64,000 nt of DNA from an uncultured Sphingopyxis sp. Its GTDB lineage: Bacteria; Pseudomonadota; Alphaproteobacteria; Sphingomonadales; Sphingomonadaceae. A program made the translations under genes and the position numbers. The stretch lies in assembly GCA_936933955.1 (NCBI GenBank), contig CAKZIN010000093.1, positions 23,425-87,424 on the forward strand, in the 5' to 3' direction. Below the pieces are notes generated by a model, which did no database searches, was not told the origin of the DNA, and worked only from the letters and a program-made list of their open reading frames with translations. Positions 10,246 through 20,489 of the stretch are shown here, in pieces (position 1 is the stretch's first letter; every line of letters begins with the position of its first letter).

Positions 10246-10347
10246 CGAACCGGACCTGAAAGCGACGCTGCCGAACCAGTGCCGCGCGCCTTTTAGCAAG
10301 CGCTCCGTTAACTGTCGGTATAATTTACAGCGCGGCCCGGGCGGCGA

Positions 10348-11118
10348 TCAGCGGCGCAGTTCGACCCAGGTCGGCGCGTGGTCGCTCGCGCGTTCGCGTC
10401 CGCGGTACGCCTTGTCGACGCCGGCGTCGATCAGGCGATCGGCGAGCGCCGGGCTGAGCAGCAGATGGTCGATGCGGAACCCCGCGTCGCGCTGCCAGCA
10501 ACCGGCCTGATAATCCCAGAAGGTCCACACGCCGCCGCTCGGGAAGCGACTGCGCAGCGCATCGGTCCACCCCGACGCGAGCAGGCGGCGGTAGGCCGCG
10601 CGCGACTCCGGCTGCATCAGCGCGTCGCTCGCCATAGCTTCCGCGCGGAACACATCGTCGTCGTGCGGAATGACGTTGAAATCACCGGCGATGACGGTCG
10701 GCCGCTCCTCCTGCCGCAACTGGCCCGCGCGCGCCTGCAGCCGCTCCATCCAGCGCAGCTTGTAATCGAACTTGGGGCCCGGAACCGGGTTGCCGTTGGG
10801 GAGGTAGAGCCCGGCCAGCCGCACCCCGCCGACGTCCGCTTCGATATAGCGGGAGTGTTCATCCTCCGGGTCACCGTAGAGCCCGCGTTGCACTTCCACT
10901 GGCGGTTCCTTGGCGAGGATGGCGACGCCGTTGAAGCCCTTTTGCCCGTGCCAGACGCCATGATAGCCCGCGTCCATCACCTCGCGGATGGGGAGCGTCT
11001 CGTCGGTCGACTTGAGCTCCTGCAGGCAGACCGCGTCGGGCTGCGTTTCGCCGAGCCATTCGAGCAGGCGCGGCAGGCGCGCCTTGATGCCGTTGACGTT
11101 GTAGGTGGCGATACGCAC
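10348..11118 (-). CDS. xthA: exodeoxyribonuclease III
   Basis: MRIATYNVNGIKARLPRLLEWL...CLQELK matches the Xth/APE1 family N-terminus; 256 aa. Confidence 0.85.
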   Translation of the reverse strand: MRIATYNVNGIKARLPRLLEWLGETQPDAVCLQELKSTDETLPIREVMDAGYHGVWHGQKGFNGVAILAKEPPVEVQRGLYGDPEDEHSRYIEADVGGVRLAGLYLPNGNPVPGPKFDYKLRWMERLQARAGQLRQEERPTVIAGDFNVIPHDDDVFRAEAMASDALMQPESRAAYRRLLASGWTDALRSRFPSGGVWTFWDYQAGCWQRDAGFRIDHLLLSPALADRLIDAGVDKAYRGRERASDHAPTWVELRR

Positions 11119-11122
11119 CGCG

Positions 11123-11455
11123 TCAGGCGGCGAAGCTGGCGCCGCAGCCGCACCCGGCGGTCGCGTTGGGATTGGTCACGCGAAAGCTCGCCCCGGCAAG
11201 GTTCTCGACAAAATCAACTGCCGCGCCCGCCACCAGCGGGAGGCTGATCGCATCGACGACCAACTCGACTCCCTCGGTGGAGGTGATCTGGTCGCCGTCC
11301 TCGTCACCGTCGGCGAGCGCGAAGCGGTAGGTGAAGCCCGAGCAGCCGCCCCCATCCACCGCCAACCTCAGTCGAGCAGGCTTTCCCTGACGCGCCGCGA
11401 TCGCAGCGACCCGCTGCGCGGCGCTTGAAGTGAGTTGGGGGAGCGCTAAATCCAT
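11123..11455 (-). CDS. erpA: A-type iron-sulfur cluster insertion protein (ErpA/IscA/HesB family)
   Basis: 110 aa. GGCSGF and C-terminal CGCGxSF cysteine motifs. Confidence 0.7.
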   Translation of the reverse strand: MDLALPQLTSSAAQRVAAIAARQGKPARLRLAVDGGGCSGFTYRFALADGDEDGDQITSTEGVELVVDAISLPLVAGAAVDFVENLAGASFRVTNPNATAGCGCGASFAA

Positions 11456-11533
11456 CGTTGCTCACAATAGAAACGCGCGCCGCCCCTCGCAAGGCGACGC
11501 GCGTCAAAGCTGGCGCAGCGGTGGTGCGAAACT

Positions 11534-12301
11534 TTACTCGCGCGGACCGCCCACGGCGCGCAATCCGTGCCCGGCCGCTGCGACCATCACGCCATCGTCG
11601 GCGATGAACGGGACCGGGTTGACCGGAGCCCCCGCGATGCGCACTTCATAGTGGAGGTGGGGACCGGTCGAGCGGCCAGTCGAACCCATCAGTGCGATCA
11701 GGTCACCGCGGCGCACGCGCTGACCCGGCTGGACAAGGATGCGCGAAAGGTGGCCGTAACGCGTCTGCAGCGACGTACCGTGCTCGACCTCGACGAAGTT
11801 GCCGTAGCCATTCACCCACTGGGCGCGACCGACGACGCCGTCAGCCGTGGCATAGACCGCGGTGCCGGTCGGCCCCGGGATGTCGATGCCATTATGACGC
11901 GCGCGGCGGCCGTTGAACGGATCGCTGCGAACACCGAACTGCGACGTCAGCGACATCGCGTCGACCGGCCGGCGCGATGGAATGGCGAGCGGCTGCGCGG
12001 CCGGTCCGTCCATCTGACGCCAGGCCGAAAAAAGGGTGCGAAACCGTCCATCGTTCGAAGCTGCGCCGTTGACGCGCTGGGCGAGCTGCGGCGTGGCGGC
12101 AACGAATGCTGCGGCGACATTGTCAGCTTGGCTGACGGCAGCGGCCGAAGCGGCGTTGTCAATCACGGTGTCCGGGTTATCGAGGTCGGCGGGTGGCACT
12201 GCCGGTGCCGAATTGGCGGTCGCAACGCTCGCCATGCCGAGGAAGGCGATGGCGGTCAGTCGAAGGGTGGTCGCTACCATAAAGTCGTTCAGCCTTGCCA
12301 T
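11534..12301 (-). CDS. secreted M23-family metallopeptidase
   Basis: Signal peptide. HxGIDI...GYGNFVEVEHG...HLHYEV motifs of the M23/LytM family. Confidence 0.75.
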   Translation of the reverse strand: MARLNDFMVATTLRLTAIAFLGMASVATANSAPAVPPADLDNPDTVIDNAASAAAVSQADNVAAAFVAATPQLAQRVNGAASNDGRFRTLFSAWRQMDGPAAQPLAIPSRRPVDAMSLTSQFGVRSDPFNGRRARHNGIDIPGPTGTAVYATADGVVGRAQWVNGYGNFVEVEHGTSLQTRYGHLSRILVQPGQRVRRGDLIALMGSTGRSTGPHLHYEVRIAGAPVNPVPFIADDGVMVAAAGHGLRAVGGPRE

Positions 12302-12421
12302 TCGCCGGTGCCGAGGGAAGCGGCTCCGGTGTGGTTTTTCTGATCGGCCGATGTTTCGGTCCCCGCTCGGGAACCGTCATGCGGGGAAAGGGTTTACCGA
12401 GCAACTAACGCCCGCCGCGCA

Positions 12422-12454
12422 TGCGTTGAGTTGAAACTCCGCTGCGTTGAGTTG
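12422..12454. repeat. Perfect 12-bp direct repeat TGCGTTGAGTTG x2 with 21-bp periodicity; candidate regulator binding site.
   Basis: Seen directly at 12422-12433 and 12443-12454. Lies about 120-150 bp upstream of the M23 peptidase start and downstream of bcp. Confidence 0.3.
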
Positions 12455-12481
12455 TGAGCTTAGCATCGATTTCTGGCGATT

Positions 12482-12949
12482 TTACGCGAGGACACCGGCT
12501 TTCATGGCAGTCAGAACCGCGTCGGCGTGGCCCTTGACCCGCACGTTGCGCCATTCGGCCCGGAGCAACAGGTCGGCGTCGAAGAGGAACGTCGAGCGCT
12601 CCGTCCCCATATACCTCCGACCGTAGAGCGACCGTTCGCCCCAGGCCCCCAAACCCTCGATCAGACTGCTCTCCGCATCGGACAGGAGGGGGATGGCAAA
12701 CGAATGCTTCTCCGCAAAGCGCTGCAGTTTATCGGGCGCGTCCTTGGAGACGCCTGCAACGCTGACGCCCATCTTTTCGAACTCGCTAGCGAGCGCGTCG
12801 AAGTCTCTGGCCTCCTGCGTGCAGCCCGGCGTGTCGGCGCGCGGGTATACAAAGAGGAGCAGCGCACGCCCGCGGAACCGCTCCGTCGATACGCTGGTCC
12901 CGTCTGCGGCCCGCAGCGTCACCTTGGGTAGGGGGTCGCCCAGTTCCAT
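12482..12949 (-). CDS. bcp: thiol peroxidase Bcp (peroxiredoxin)
   Basis: Internal ATG (MELGDPLPKV) of ORF 12482..13030. Catalytic PxxxTPGCT motif. Start overlaps the glnE stop (TAATG). Confidence 0.8.
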   Translation of the reverse strand: MELGDPLPKVTLRAADGTSVSTERFRGRALLLFVYPRADTPGCTQEARDFDALASEFEKMGVSVAGVSKDAPDKLQRFAEKHSFAIPLLSDAESSLIEGLGAWGERSLYGRRYMGTERSTFLFDADLLLRAEWRNVRVKGHADAVLTAMKAGVLA

Positions 12950-15648
12950 TATCCTGCCCTCACCTTCTCCCACCAGCGCGCAACAACCGCTTTGGCCCCA
13001 TCGATCTCGACAAGGAGCGCATCCCAGCACTCGACGCCCAGCGTCTGTGCCAGCAGCTTGCGGGAGGCCGAAAGGGCAACGTCGCCCCCCGGCGCCACCA
13101 GCCGCGCGGCTACGAGCGTCGCCGTCAGCCGCTCGATCGCGGGGAGCACCTCCGCCGGCGCCTCGCCGCGCGCGATCTGCTCGGCGACGGCCCGTAGGAA
13201 ATCCGGCTCCGGCGCCGAGCTGTTGAGCAGTTGGGTGAGCTGACCCGCGAACTCCGCATCGATCAGACCGCCGTCCAAATGCTTGACGTCGAGCGGCCCG
13301 AGCCCTGGCTTGTGCGACGCCATCTCCGCCCGCATGGCCGCCGCGTCAGCCCGAACCTCACGGGGGTCGCGCGGCTTGGCGAGCGCCCCGGCCACCACCG
13401 CGGCCACCGTTTCGCGCGCTTCTGCCGACCCATAGATCGCTCGTGCCCTCGTTAGCGCGAGATGCTCCCACAGCCACGCCTGTTCGACCTGGTAACGCTC
13501 GAACGCGTTGCTCCAGACGACCAGCGGACCTTTGGAGCCTTCGGGCCGGAGCCGCGTGTCGACTTCGTATAGCCGGCCCGCCGCGGTCGGGACCGATAGC
13601 GCCGCAACGACTCGCTGCCCCAGCCGGTTAAAATAAGCAGTCGCGCCGAGCGGACGTGCTCCATCGGATTCGGCGTGGAGGTCCGGCGCGGTGAACAGGA
13701 ACACAAGGTCGAGATCGGACGCGTGCGTGAGAAGACCGCTGCCAAGCCGGCCCAACGCGAGCACGACTAGCTCGCCCCCATCGACGCGGCCGTGAGCGCG
13801 TTCGAACTCCGCCACGGTCGCGTCGATCAGGACCTCGATGGCGGCTTCCGCGATCCGCGCATAGCCGCGCCCAACTCCGATGAGGTCGGCACCGCCACTG
13901 AGAATGCGCACGGCAAGCGCGAAGCGCTGCTCCGCAACCACCCGGCGTACACTGTCGAGACGACGCTCGAAGCCCTCCCCCGCGTGCCGCGTCATCGCTG
14001 TACGCAGCGCAGCGGCGTCGGGAAATTCGAACGCGCGCGCGTCGATTAGCGCTTCGATCAGCTGGGGCTGCGCGGCCAGCTCGCTCGCCAGCGGGGGTGC
14101 GTGCACCGCAACGTCGATCAGCGTCGCGATCAGAGCGGGTCGCGCGCGCAGCAGCTCGAACAAGGTTAGCGCGCTTGGCATGGCCGCGAACATCGCATCG
14201 AGTCTGGTGATGGCGAGGTCGGGGCTGCCCGCTGCTGCGACGCCATCGATCAAGGTCGGCAGCACGCGCTCCAAGGCGTCGAGCGCCGCAGCCGATCGCA
14301 ACACGCGCATTTTGCCGCTGCGCCACGCACCGATCGCGCGTGCGGCGCTTTGCGGCTCGGCAAAGTCGCGCGCGGACAGCGCTTCGACCAGCTCTTCCCC
14401 GTCAGCGGGCATGGCGACGACCTCTCCGGCGCCATCCCCGCCCGCGCCCACGACCGCGACAAACACGCGCGACACGCGCTGGGCGTGGCTGTCGAGGCTT
14501 GCGACGAGTGCGCCAAAGTCGGGCATCCGGCACAGAGCAGCGACCGACGCCGCCTCCGTCGCATTTTCGGGAAGGCTGTGCGTCTGGCGATCGCCGTACA
14601 TCTGCAGCCGGTGCTCAACGGTACGCAGCAGACGATAGCTGTCGCTGAGGTCCGCGCCGTCGTCGTCGCTGACATGGCCGGCCTTCACCAGGGCGGCGAT
14701 CGCGTCGAGCGTCGCGGGCGCGCGCAGCGAAGGGTCGCGACCACCGTGGATGAGCTGCAATGCCTGCATCGCAAACTCGACCTCGCGGATGCCGCCCTGC
14801 CCCTTTTTGAGGTTCCACCCGGGGCCCACACGGCGAGCGGAGCCGCTATGTTCGCGCACGTCGCGAGCCATGGCGGTAATCCGCCGCAGCTGGCCAAAAT
14901 CCACCGAGCGACGCCAGACGAAGGGTTGGAGCTCGCGCAGAAACCCCTCGCCAAGCGCGAGGTCGCCGGCGCACGCCCTCGCGCGGATGAAGGCCGCTTG
15001 CTCCCAGGCGCGAGCTTGCGATTCATAATAAGCGAGTGCGCCCGCAATTGGGATGGCGATCGGGGTGATTTCGGGCGTGGGTCGCAATCGCAGGTCGACA
15101 CGATGGACGTATCCATCCGCCGTCCGCTCGGTGAGCAAGGCAACCCAGCGCCGCGCGATCCGCAGCGCTACATCGTCAGGCTCGCGCCGCCGGACCCGCG
15201 CCAGCCGCTCGGGGTCGTAGAGAAGGATCGGGTCGATATCGGACGAATAGTTGAGTTCGCGCGATCCGAGCTTGCCCAGCGCCAGAATGGAAAAGCCGTC
15301 CGTCGAAGGGTCGTCCGCAACCTCGGCCATGGCGGTTTGCAGCGCGAAGGTGGCCGCCGCATCGGCCTCGTCGCTCAATGCGCGCATGACACGCTCGAGC
15401 GGCCATTCGCCCGAGATATCCGCGAGCGCGACCGCGAGCGCCACGCGATGACGACGTTGCCGCAACCCCACCATGGGGGGCCGGACAGCGTCATCGGTGC
15501 GGGACGCTAACTGGAAGGCGACGTCAGCGCCGCTGGCGGTAAAGGCGTCGGCTAGGTCGGGCCAACGGGCGATGGCCTCCGCGAGGAAGGGGGCCTCAGC
15601 GCTCGCAATGGCGAGCGCGCGAGCTCGGGTCTCGTCCGGGCCCGACAC
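12949..15648 (-). CDS. glnE: bifunctional glutamine synthetase adenylyltransferase/adenylyl-removing enzyme
   Basis: 899 aa. Two nucleotidyltransferase domains; characteristic GlnE regions throughout. Confidence 0.85.
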   Translation of the reverse strand: MSGPDETRARALAIASAEAPFLAEAIARWPDLADAFTASGADVAFQLASRTDDAVRPPMVGLRQRRHRVALAVALADISGEWPLERVMRALSDEADAAATFALQTAMAEVADDPSTDGFSILALGKLGSRELNYSSDIDPILLYDPERLARVRRREPDDVALRIARRWVALLTERTADGYVHRVDLRLRPTPEITPIAIPIAGALAYYESQARAWEQAAFIRARACAGDLALGEGFLRELQPFVWRRSVDFGQLRRITAMARDVREHSGSARRVGPGWNLKKGQGGIREVEFAMQALQLIHGGRDPSLRAPATLDAIAALVKAGHVSDDDGADLSDSYRLLRTVEHRLQMYGDRQTHSLPENATEAASVAALCRMPDFGALVASLDSHAQRVSRVFVAVVGAGGDGAGEVVAMPADGEELVEALSARDFAEPQSAARAIGAWRSGKMRVLRSAAALDALERVLPTLIDGVAAAGSPDLAITRLDAMFAAMPSALTLFELLRARPALIATLIDVAVHAPPLASELAAQPQLIEALIDARAFEFPDAAALRTAMTRHAGEGFERRLDSVRRVVAEQRFALAVRILSGGADLIGVGRGYARIAEAAIEVLIDATVAEFERAHGRVDGGELVVLALGRLGSGLLTHASDLDLVFLFTAPDLHAESDGARPLGATAYFNRLGQRVVAALSVPTAAGRLYEVDTRLRPEGSKGPLVVWSNAFERYQVEQAWLWEHLALTRARAIYGSAEARETVAAVVAGALAKPRDPREVRADAAAMRAEMASHKPGLGPLDVKHLDGGLIDAEFAGQLTQLLNSSAPEPDFLRAVAEQIARGEAPAEVLPAIERLTATLVAARLVAPGGDVALSASRKLLAQTLGVECWDALLVEIDGAKAVVARWWEKVRAG

Positions 15649-15654
15649 GGCGGA

Positions 15655-16299
15655 TCAGCCTTCGCTAAGTTGGTCGACCTGTCCCAAGATTTTGGTCATT
15701 GCGGCCGTCCCGCCCAGGTCATCCGACGTCCGGCGTGGCAGGTCTCCGCGAGAGATCAATCCTTCGAGCGCGGCGCGGCCACGGGCGACGCGGCTCTTGA
15801 TCGTGCCGACCGCCACGCCGCAGATTTCCGCCGCTTCCTCGTAAGCAAAGCCACCCGCGCCGATCAGGATTAGCGCCTCGCGCTGCGCCGTCGGAAGCTG
15901 CTGCATGGCGCGGTGCAGGTCGGATAGTTCCACATGGCGATCCTGCGAGGCCGGTGCTGCGAGCGTGCGCTCTGCCGTCAACTCGTCCCATTCGCCGCGA
16001 AAGCGGTTGCGCCGCATCTGCGATAGAAATGCGTTGCGGAGAATGATGAACGTCCACGCGCGCATGTTGGTGCCCGCCTGGAACCTCCGCCGAGCGTTCC
16101 ACGCCTTCAGCAGCGCTTCCTGCACCAGATCGTCAGCCAGCTCACGCGACCCGGCAAGGCTACGGCCAAAAGCCCGCAGGTGGGGGATCACGGCCGCAAG
16201 CTGAACCCGAAACTCTTCATCGCTGAGCGAAATGCGCTCGACCGGGGGCGTGCTTTCGTCGTCGATGGACAAGTCGAAATCCCCCTCGTCCCCACCCAT
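15655..16299 (-). CDS. ecfG: ECF sigma factor, EcfG-like (general stress response)
   Basis: Sigma-2 region DLVQEALLKAWNARRRF...AWTFIILRNAFLSQMRR and sigma-4 HTH EAAEICGVAVGTIKSRVARG. Lies 37 bp downstream of phyR on the same strand. Confidence 0.65.
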   Translation of the reverse strand: MGGDEGDFDLSIDDESTPPVERISLSDEEFRVQLAAVIPHLRAFGRSLAGSRELADDLVQEALLKAWNARRRFQAGTNMRAWTFIILRNAFLSQMRRNRFRGEWDELTAERTLAAPASQDRHVELSDLHRAMQQLPTAQREALILIGAGGFAYEEAAEICGVAVGTIKSRVARGRAALEGLISRGDLPRRTSDDLGGTAAMTKILGQVDQLSEG

Positions 16300-16335
16300 T
16301 CTGCAACCGTTGCCACCCCACAGGAATGGCCGGTC

Positions 16336-17202
16336 TCAGCCGGCGGGAACCGTCGCTTCGTCGAAAAACAGCGCCTGGGCGATAGTCGCCTTGAGCGTCG
16401 TCTGTTGAAACGGCTTCGTAATGAGGAAGGTGGGTTCGGTGCGCTCGCCCGTCAATAGGCGCTCCGGGAAGGCAGTGATAAAGATCACCGGGACGTCCAC
16501 CTCGGTGAGGATGTCTGCGACCGCGTCGATCCCCGAACTGTCGTCGGCGAGCTGAATGTCGGCGAGGATCAGCCCCGGCTGCGATTCGCGTGCCAGCGCC
16601 ACCGCCTCGTCGCGGGTGACGGCGATGCCGACCACGTCATGGCCAAGATCGCGGACGATCGATTCGATATCCATCGCGATGATCGGCTCGTCCTCAATGA
16701 TGAGCACGCGCGCGCGGGTCTGACGGTCGATTTCCGAGATCGCGCCGCCGACCAGATCTTCCACGTCACCTTCATCGACGCCGAGAATGCGTGCGATGTC
16801 CGCGTGCCCGAACCCCTCCAGCGCGGACAGCAGCAGCGCCTGGCGCGGCAGCGGGGTGACGGCAGCGAGCCGTGCGCGGGCAACGCCCTCCTCGCCATCG
16901 GCATCGCGCTGGCCGGTATCGTCTAGCCGGTCGTCGTGCGCCGAGCCCCAGATGCTGTGAAAAAGCTCGAACAAGGCGACCCGGGGCGACGATGCGTCGA
17001 AATCCTCGGGCGCCTCGATGATGGTCTGAAGCGTCGCACGGACATAGGTATCGCCGCTGTTCTGCGACCCTGTCATCGCACGCGCGTAGCGGCGCAGAAA
17101 GGGGAGATAGGGTGCAAGCGTTTGACCAAGCGACATAGAAAGTCCTGCAAGTCGCAGCGAGCCGATCCAACGCCCGCATGCGCATGGTGGTGGCCCCGTC
17201 AC
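16336..17202 (-). CDS. phyR: PhyR anti-anti-sigma factor (ECF-sigma-like domain + C-terminal receiver)
   Basis: N-terminal sigma-like region. C-terminal receiver RVLIIEDEPIIAMDIESIV...PGLILADIQLADDSSG...VPVIFITAFPERLL. Confidence 0.8.
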   Translation of the reverse strand: MTGPPPCACGRWIGSLRLAGLSMSLGQTLAPYLPFLRRYARAMTGSQNSGDTYVRATLQTIIEAPEDFDASSPRVALFELFHSIWGSAHDDRLDDTGQRDADGEEGVARARLAAVTPLPRQALLLSALEGFGHADIARILGVDEGDVEDLVGGAISEIDRQTRARVLIIEDEPIIAMDIESIVRDLGHDVVGIAVTRDEAVALARESQPGLILADIQLADDSSGIDAVADILTEVDVPVIFITAFPERLLTGERTEPTFLITKPFQQTTLKATIAQALFFDEATVPAG

Positions 17203-17297
17203 GAGGCCGCATCGCTGGCACCCCTAGTCGCAATTTTAGGCGCCGCCAATCCTTCCGCCGCGGACATGTCAAACCTGATCTATATCAAATAATGCGC

Positions 17298-17322
17298 GGA
17301 ACGCATGTTGAGGGGGTTGGTT
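17298..17322 (+). promoter_or_regulatory. Candidate EcfG-type promoter GGAAC-N16-GGTT driving nepR
   Basis: GGAAC at 17298-17302, 16-nt spacer, GGTT at 17319-17322. About 50 nt upstream of the nepR TTG start. The established EcfG consensus is GGAAC-N16-17-CGTT; the -10 element here has one mismatch. Confidence 0.3.
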
Positions 17323-17371
17323 AGAGGCACACACCGCTGCTAGCAGCACCCGCCTTCCTGACCGCCAAGGG

Positions 17372-17641
17372 TTGAACAACTTGCCGACGCCCATTGATCC
17401 TCCCCCGTCTTCGAACCGGACGGGCGGCGCGGTTCCGGCCGACGCAGGTGCCAAGCCCGATCAGCGCGCGGCAGTCGGGCAGGGCGAGCTTGCAGGCAGC
17501 GGCGCTCGCAGGGGGCGAAGCTCCGAGGATCGTAAGGAAGCGCTCGATCGTGTCGCCGCGTCGTTGCGCAATGCCTACGAGGCGACGGTGACCGAACAGG
17601 TTCCGGATTCGCTCCTCGATCTCCTTCGCAAGCTCGATTGA
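17372..17641 (+). CDS. nepR: NepR-family anti-sigma factor
   Basis: 89 aa with a TTG start. C-terminal [25 protein letters not shown] matches the conserved NepR core. Divergent from phyR. Confidence 0.5.
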   Translation: MNNLPTPIDPPPSSNRTGGAVPADAGAKPDQRAAVGQGELAGSGARRGRSSEDRKEALDRVAASLRNAYEATVTEQVPDSLLDLLRKLD

Positions 17642-19296
17642 GCTCGTTACGGTTCGCGGAGGCGGACGGTAGGGACCGCACGCGCTTCGCCGCAATTCGA
17701 CAAAAGCTCAGGCGGTTTATCCCGGTGCCGGGCAAGGCCGAGACCAGCACCGCTCGCTGGTTGATGGTTACGCTCCTTGTCGCGCTGTCGCCGGTCGGAC
17801 TGATTGCATTGTTCGCGGCCGCGCAAAGCGCGCTCGAGGGTGAGCGACAGCGGTCGGCCAACATGATGCTCGTCGCTCAACGCTATGCGACGCTGCTGTC
17901 GGACGCTTTCACCAAGGACATGGACGTCGCGATGCGCGAATATGCGCGCAACGTAGCGATCAACGCTGCTCCCGCTGCCGCCTCCCCTCTTGAGCAGGAC
18001 AGCCGATGCGCAGCGCTCAGGCAGGTCGCCCCACCGCGCGACGGCGCGACGCTGCGGCTGATCGATGCCGCGACGGGCCGCGACCTTTGCGGCGGCGATC
18101 CCCGGATGACCTACCCGCGTCCGGCGCAATTCCACGTCGACCCAATCGCGCAAAGCGCGCACTTCAACCGCAGCGTAGGTGGCGGCGCCAAACTCGAAAT
18201 CGGTTACAACGTTCCGGCTCTAAGCGATGTGGCTCCCCGGGTGGCCGTGGGCTCCGCTTACCGCGTCGACCTGCGCGGCGATGGTGAGCGGGTGTCGCTA
18301 CGCAACACGATCGGCGGCGCACCAGGCTTTACCGAGCGAGGACGCGCGGTGGCGCTGGCCGGCGTGCCAGGCGCCTCGGTGATTGCAAGCTCGCGACATT
18401 ATTTCCTCCGCGCCGACGTGCTGACGACGCTCCTCACCCCCCTCGCCCTTTGGTTTTTGTCGGCACTGTTAAGTTGGTTCATCGCCGACCGCATGTTGCT
18501 TGATCCGATCCAGCGCCTATCCCGGCGGATGCGCAACTATGTGCCGGGTGAGCCCCAACCTCCAGGGACCCCGCGTTTTTTGAACGCGCCCGAGGTGCAA
18601 GACCTCTCCGCAAGCTTTGCCAAATTGTCGGCCGATGTTGCCGACCGTCAAGCGGTGATGGCGGCAGCGCTCGACACGCAAAAGGCACTGACGAAGGAGG
18701 TGCATCACCGCGTCAAAAACAATCTCCAAATCATCCTGTCTTTGATCAACCTTCACAGCCGCCAACCCGTGACGTCGAGACCAGGCCATGAGACGTTTCG
18801 GACGATCCAGCGCCGGGTCGAGGCGCTTGCGGTTGTGCACCGCCACCTACACGCCGAATCGGAAAGCGGCCGTGGGATCGACCTCGTTGCCATGCTTTCG
18901 GAGCTTTTGATCGGGATGGCCGGAAGCCTCGGCATTTCAGCGCAGGACAAGCTGGTGCTCGGCCAGAAGTCACTCGCCTGCGTCGTTCAGGACGTGGCGC
19001 TGCCTGCCGCCTTCTTCGTCACCGAACTCGTCGAACTCGCCAACCTGATCGACCCGCAGGCGTCGACCTGCGTCGACATCACCCGGATCAGTGACAGCGA
19101 AGTGGAGCTGAAAGTAACCAGCACTGCGCTCATCGGTCAGGGCGGAAATTTCGCGGAAGAGCATTCGATCTACGAGCGCGTGATCTCGGGCCTCGCGCGC
19201 CAATTGCGGCGCGAGGTCGTCCATGACGCGACGATTGGCCGCTACGCTCTCACCATCCCGACCCTCGCTCAGGACAAAGCCGCGGTCGCCGCGTAG
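17638..19296 (+). CDS. HWE/HisKA_2-family sensor histidine kinase (PhyK-like), membrane-anchored
   Basis: N-terminal TM ([20 protein letters not shown]). H-box [23 protein letters not shown] typical of HisKA_2/HWE kinases. Start overlaps the nepR stop. Confidence 0.75.
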   Translation: MSSLRFAEADGRDRTRFAAIRQKLRRFIPVPGKAETSTARWLMVTLLVALSPVGLIALFAAAQSALEGERQRSANMMLVAQRYATLLSDAFTKDMDVAMREYARNVAINAAPAAASPLEQDSRCAALRQVAPPRDGATLRLIDAATGRDLCGGDPRMTYPRPAQFHVDPIAQSAHFNRSVGGGAKLEIGYNVPALSDVAPRVAVGSAYRVDLRGDGERVSLRNTIGGAPGFTERGRAVALAGVPGASVIASSRHYFLRADVLTTLLTPLALWFLSALLSWFIADRMLLDPIQRLSRRMRNYVPGEPQPPGTPRFLNAPEVQDLSASFAKLSADVADRQAVMAAALDTQKALTKEVHHRVKNNLQIILSLINLHSRQPVTSRPGHETFRTIQRRVEALAVVHRHLHAESESGRGIDLVAMLSELLIGMAGSLGISAQDKLVLGQKSLACVVQDVALPAAFFVTELVELANLIDPQASTCVDITRISDSEVELKVTSTALIGQGGNFAEEHSIYERVISGLARQLRREVVHDATIGRYALTIPTLAQDKAAVAA

Positions 19297-20450
19297 TCGT
19301 TGCGAAACTGTCGGGCAAACGTCGCGAACACGCCCTGCTCGATCGCGCCGCGCATGGCCTGCATCAGCGACTGGTAAAAGCTGATGTTATGCTGGGTTAG
19401 CAGCATCGCTCCGAGGATCTCGCCACTTCTGATGAGGTGGTGGAGATAAGCGCGAGACCATGTTGCGCAGACTGGGCAGGCGCAACGCGGGTCGAGCGGC
19501 TCGTCCGCCTCCGCATGGCGGGCGTTTCGCAAGTTGACGGGTCCCGCCCAGGTGAAGCCCTGCCCGTTGCGCCCCGATCGCGTTGGAAGCACGCAGTCGA
19601 ACATGTCCACCCCGCGCTCCACCGCACCGACGAGGTCATCCGGTTTGCCGACGCCCATCAGATATCGCGGCGCCGACTCCGGCAGCATCGCAGGCGCCTC
19701 ATCCAGGACGCCGAACATCGCCGCCTGCCCCTCCCCCACGGCGAGGCCGCCGATCGCGTAGCCGTCGAAGCCGATGTCCCTCAGCGCATGGGAGGATGCT
19801 CGCCGCAAAGCCGTGTCGAGGCTGCCCTGCTGGATCCCGAACAGCGCTGCGCGAGAGGCATGATGCTCCCCCGCATCGAACGCATCGCGCGAGCGCTTCG
19901 CCCAGCGCATCGACCGCTCCATACTCGCCCGCGCGCGTGACGCATCGACCCCGGCGGGCGGGCATTCGTCGAACACCATGACGATGTCCGAGCCCAGCCG
20001 GCGCTGTATGTCGATCGAGCGTTCGGGGGTCAGCATGTGCCGCGACCCATCGAGGTGCGAGCGGAACTCGACCCCCTCCTCGCTTTGTTTGGTGAGCGAG
20101 GACAGGCTCATCACCTGATATCCGCCGCTATCAGTGAGGATCGGACGGTCCCAACCCATGAAGCGATGCAGCCCGCCCAGCCGCTCGACGCGCTCCGCGC
20201 CGGGCCGCAGCATCAGATGGTATGTGTTGCCGAGGATGATGTCGGCGCCGCTTGCGCGAACCTCGGCCGGGCGCATCGCCTTGACGGTGGCAGCGGTGCC
20301 CACCGGCATAAAAGCCGGCGTGGCGATTGAGCCACGCTGCATCTCAATCGTGCCGCGGCGCGCGGCGCCATCGGTGGCGTGGAGGGTGAAGCGGAAACGG
20401 GGGTCTGTCACGGGGCGCGGGCTGTAACGCAAAGGGCGCGGTGTCGCCAC
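19269..20450 (-). CDS. tgt: queuine tRNA-ribosyltransferase (tRNA-guanine transglycosylase)
   Basis: [17 protein letters not shown]...[12 protein letters not shown]...zinc-site CxCxxC..H motif ([16 protein letters not shown]). Confidence 0.85.
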   Translation of the reverse strand: MATPRPLRYSPRPVTDPRFRFTLHATDGAARRGTIEMQRGSIATPAFMPVGTAATVKAMRPAEVRASGADIILGNTYHLMLRPGAERVERLGGLHRFMGWDRPILTDSGGYQVMSLSSLTKQSEEGVEFRSHLDGSRHMLTPERSIDIQRRLGSDIVMVFDECPPAGVDASRARASMERSMRWAKRSRDAFDAGEHHASRAALFGIQQGSLDTALRRASSHALRDIGFDGYAIGGLAVGEGQAAMFGVLDEAPAMLPESAPRYLMGVGKPDDLVGAVERGVDMFDCVLPTRSGRNGQGFTWAGPVNLRNARHAEADEPLDPRCACPVCATWSRAYLHHLIRSGEILGAMLLTQHNISFYQSLMQAMRGAIEQGVFATFARQFRNDYAATAALS

Positions 20451-20489
20451 CGCGCCCTCCTCATTCGACCGCGAGGCCGATCGTCAGGA

